From the NCBI GenBank assembly GCA_025558095.1, contig JAIVFI010000032.1:186001-250000 (forward strand): a stretch of DNA of 64,000 nt, in the 5' to 3' direction. The notes below the pieces were generated by a model, which made no database searches, had not been told where the DNA came from, and saw nothing but the letters and a program-made list of their open reading frames with translations. A program made the translations under genes and the position numbers. Every line of letters begins with the position of its first letter. Positions within the stretch are counted from its first letter, which is position 1. Source of the DNA: Hyaloraphidium curvatum SAG 235-1. Taxonomy: Eukaryota > Fungi > Monoblepharomycota. Shown one piece after another: positions 63,086 through 64,000 of this stretch.

Positions 63086-64000
63086 ATGGAGATTTCGGTC
63101 GGAGGAACCCGTGTGGCATTGTTTGGGGGGGCCAAGCTCGAGGAAACCGGATCACAAACCAATTACCAGGATTGGTTAATTGACATCAAGGCCAAGCTCC
63201 AGAGGGAGAGTGACTGGCAAATTGTGACTGGAAAGGTGGCAAAGCCCGTGGTAGGGCAGGGAGGAAAGACGGAAGATGATTTGTCAGCCTGGAACACGAA
63301 GGACCAGAAAGCTCAAGGGATCCTGGTAGGATCACTCTCTATTGGTCTCAAAAGGATCTGCAGCAGGATGGACACTGCTAAGGACATCTGGGACTACCTA
63401 GAGAAGCGTTTCGTGACGGAAAATGTGGCGCAGCAAGGGAACGCCGAGGTCCAGTACTACAGCTTTGAGTTCATCAAAACCGACCGGGTGGCTCCGAATT
63501 TTACCCGCTTCATGCAGAAAAAGATGGAAGTTGAAGCACTGGGAAAGCTGAAGGGAGATGACGATGATATGAGCATCTGGAGGAAAGTCCTGAAGGACCT
63601 ACCTGAGTTCGATCAAGTTCGGGCCGAGATTGACGGCATTTGGCTGGGAGCACAGACCAAACACGAGTGGAAGACTGAAAATGGAGTGAAGAAACACCCT
63701 ATCTTGAACGTTGCATACCTTCAGAAGAGGATGGAGATGGAAGAGGAGACTATGATCAAGCGAGCTGAGCAAAATGGTGATACGTACTCACCTGGGGCAG
63801 CCAACATAACCGTGAATCCCGCTCCAAACACGTTGATGTACGCTCTAAACCGTGGCAGGGGTCGCGGAGGATCACGGGGTGGCCATGGAGGTGACCGCGG
63901 GGGTTCAAGGGGTCGCGGGCGAGGGTTCGGAAATCGCGGGGGTCGGCAGGCCACGGCGGAGGGCGAAAACGGCTCGGGAATCACGTGCCTCTGCTGCGGG
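63086..64000 (+). CDS. Ty1/Copia Gag(-Pol), open to the window end
   Basis: NYQDWLIDIKAKL...WNTKDQKAQGILVGSL...TAKDIWDYLEKRF (Copia gag), RGG-rich linker, and the start of a CCHC knuckle (TCLCCG); no stop seen. Confidence 0.92.
   Translation, partial: MEISVGGTRVALFGGAKLEETGSQTNYQDWLIDIKAKLQRESDWQIVTGKVAKPVVGQGGKTEDDLSAWNTKDQKAQGILVGSLSIGLKRICSRMDTAKDIWDYLEKRFVTENVAQQGNAEVQYYSFEFIKTDRVAPNFTRFMQKKMEVEALGKLKGDDDDMSIWRKVLKDLPEFDQVRAEIDGIWLGAQTKHEWKTENGVKKHPILNVAYLQKRMEMEEETMIKRAEQNGDTYSPGAANITVNPAPNTLMYALNRGRGRGGSRGGHGGDRGGSRGRGRGFGNRGGRQATAEGENGSGITCLCCG

Overview
This is eukaryotic, GC-rich, very compact, intron-containing DNA. It is almost certainly from an early-diverging (zoosporic-grade) fungus. 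That is an inference from fungal-type TOK channel, SIP5, SNT2, DUF3844 and actin genes sitting alongside animal-like Zwilch and RAD51AP1/NUCKS-like genes. Bases 1-57.5 kb hold about 28 spliced genes with short (mostly 45-70 nt) GT-AG introns, often in tight divergent or convergent pairs. They include a tetraspanin-like protein, Zwilch, a PY-motif membrane protein, a TOK K+ channel, LSM6, RhoGAP, a sterol desaturase/hydroxylase, RKI1, KXD1, clathrin light chain, SIP5, NUP53, CTP synthase, SYF2, Kish, a UFD1 paralog, mS35, a Cu-ATPase, coronin, RAD51AP1-like, SNT2, VPS8, actin, DUF3844 and a TAF2 with three bromodomains. About 190 bp upstream of TAF2 the sequence switches abruptly to a lower-GC nested retrotransposon block. 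That block contains LINE remnants with microsatellite tails, a decayed chromovirus (Ty3/Gypsy) with PPT and 3' LTR, several short LINE 3'-end insertions (two joined head-to-head as a fold-back), and an apparently intact Ty1/Copia 5' LTR-PBS-gag running off the end. I built the gene models by eye, so exon boundaries and some starts are approximate. Family assignments come from remembered motifs, not database searches.
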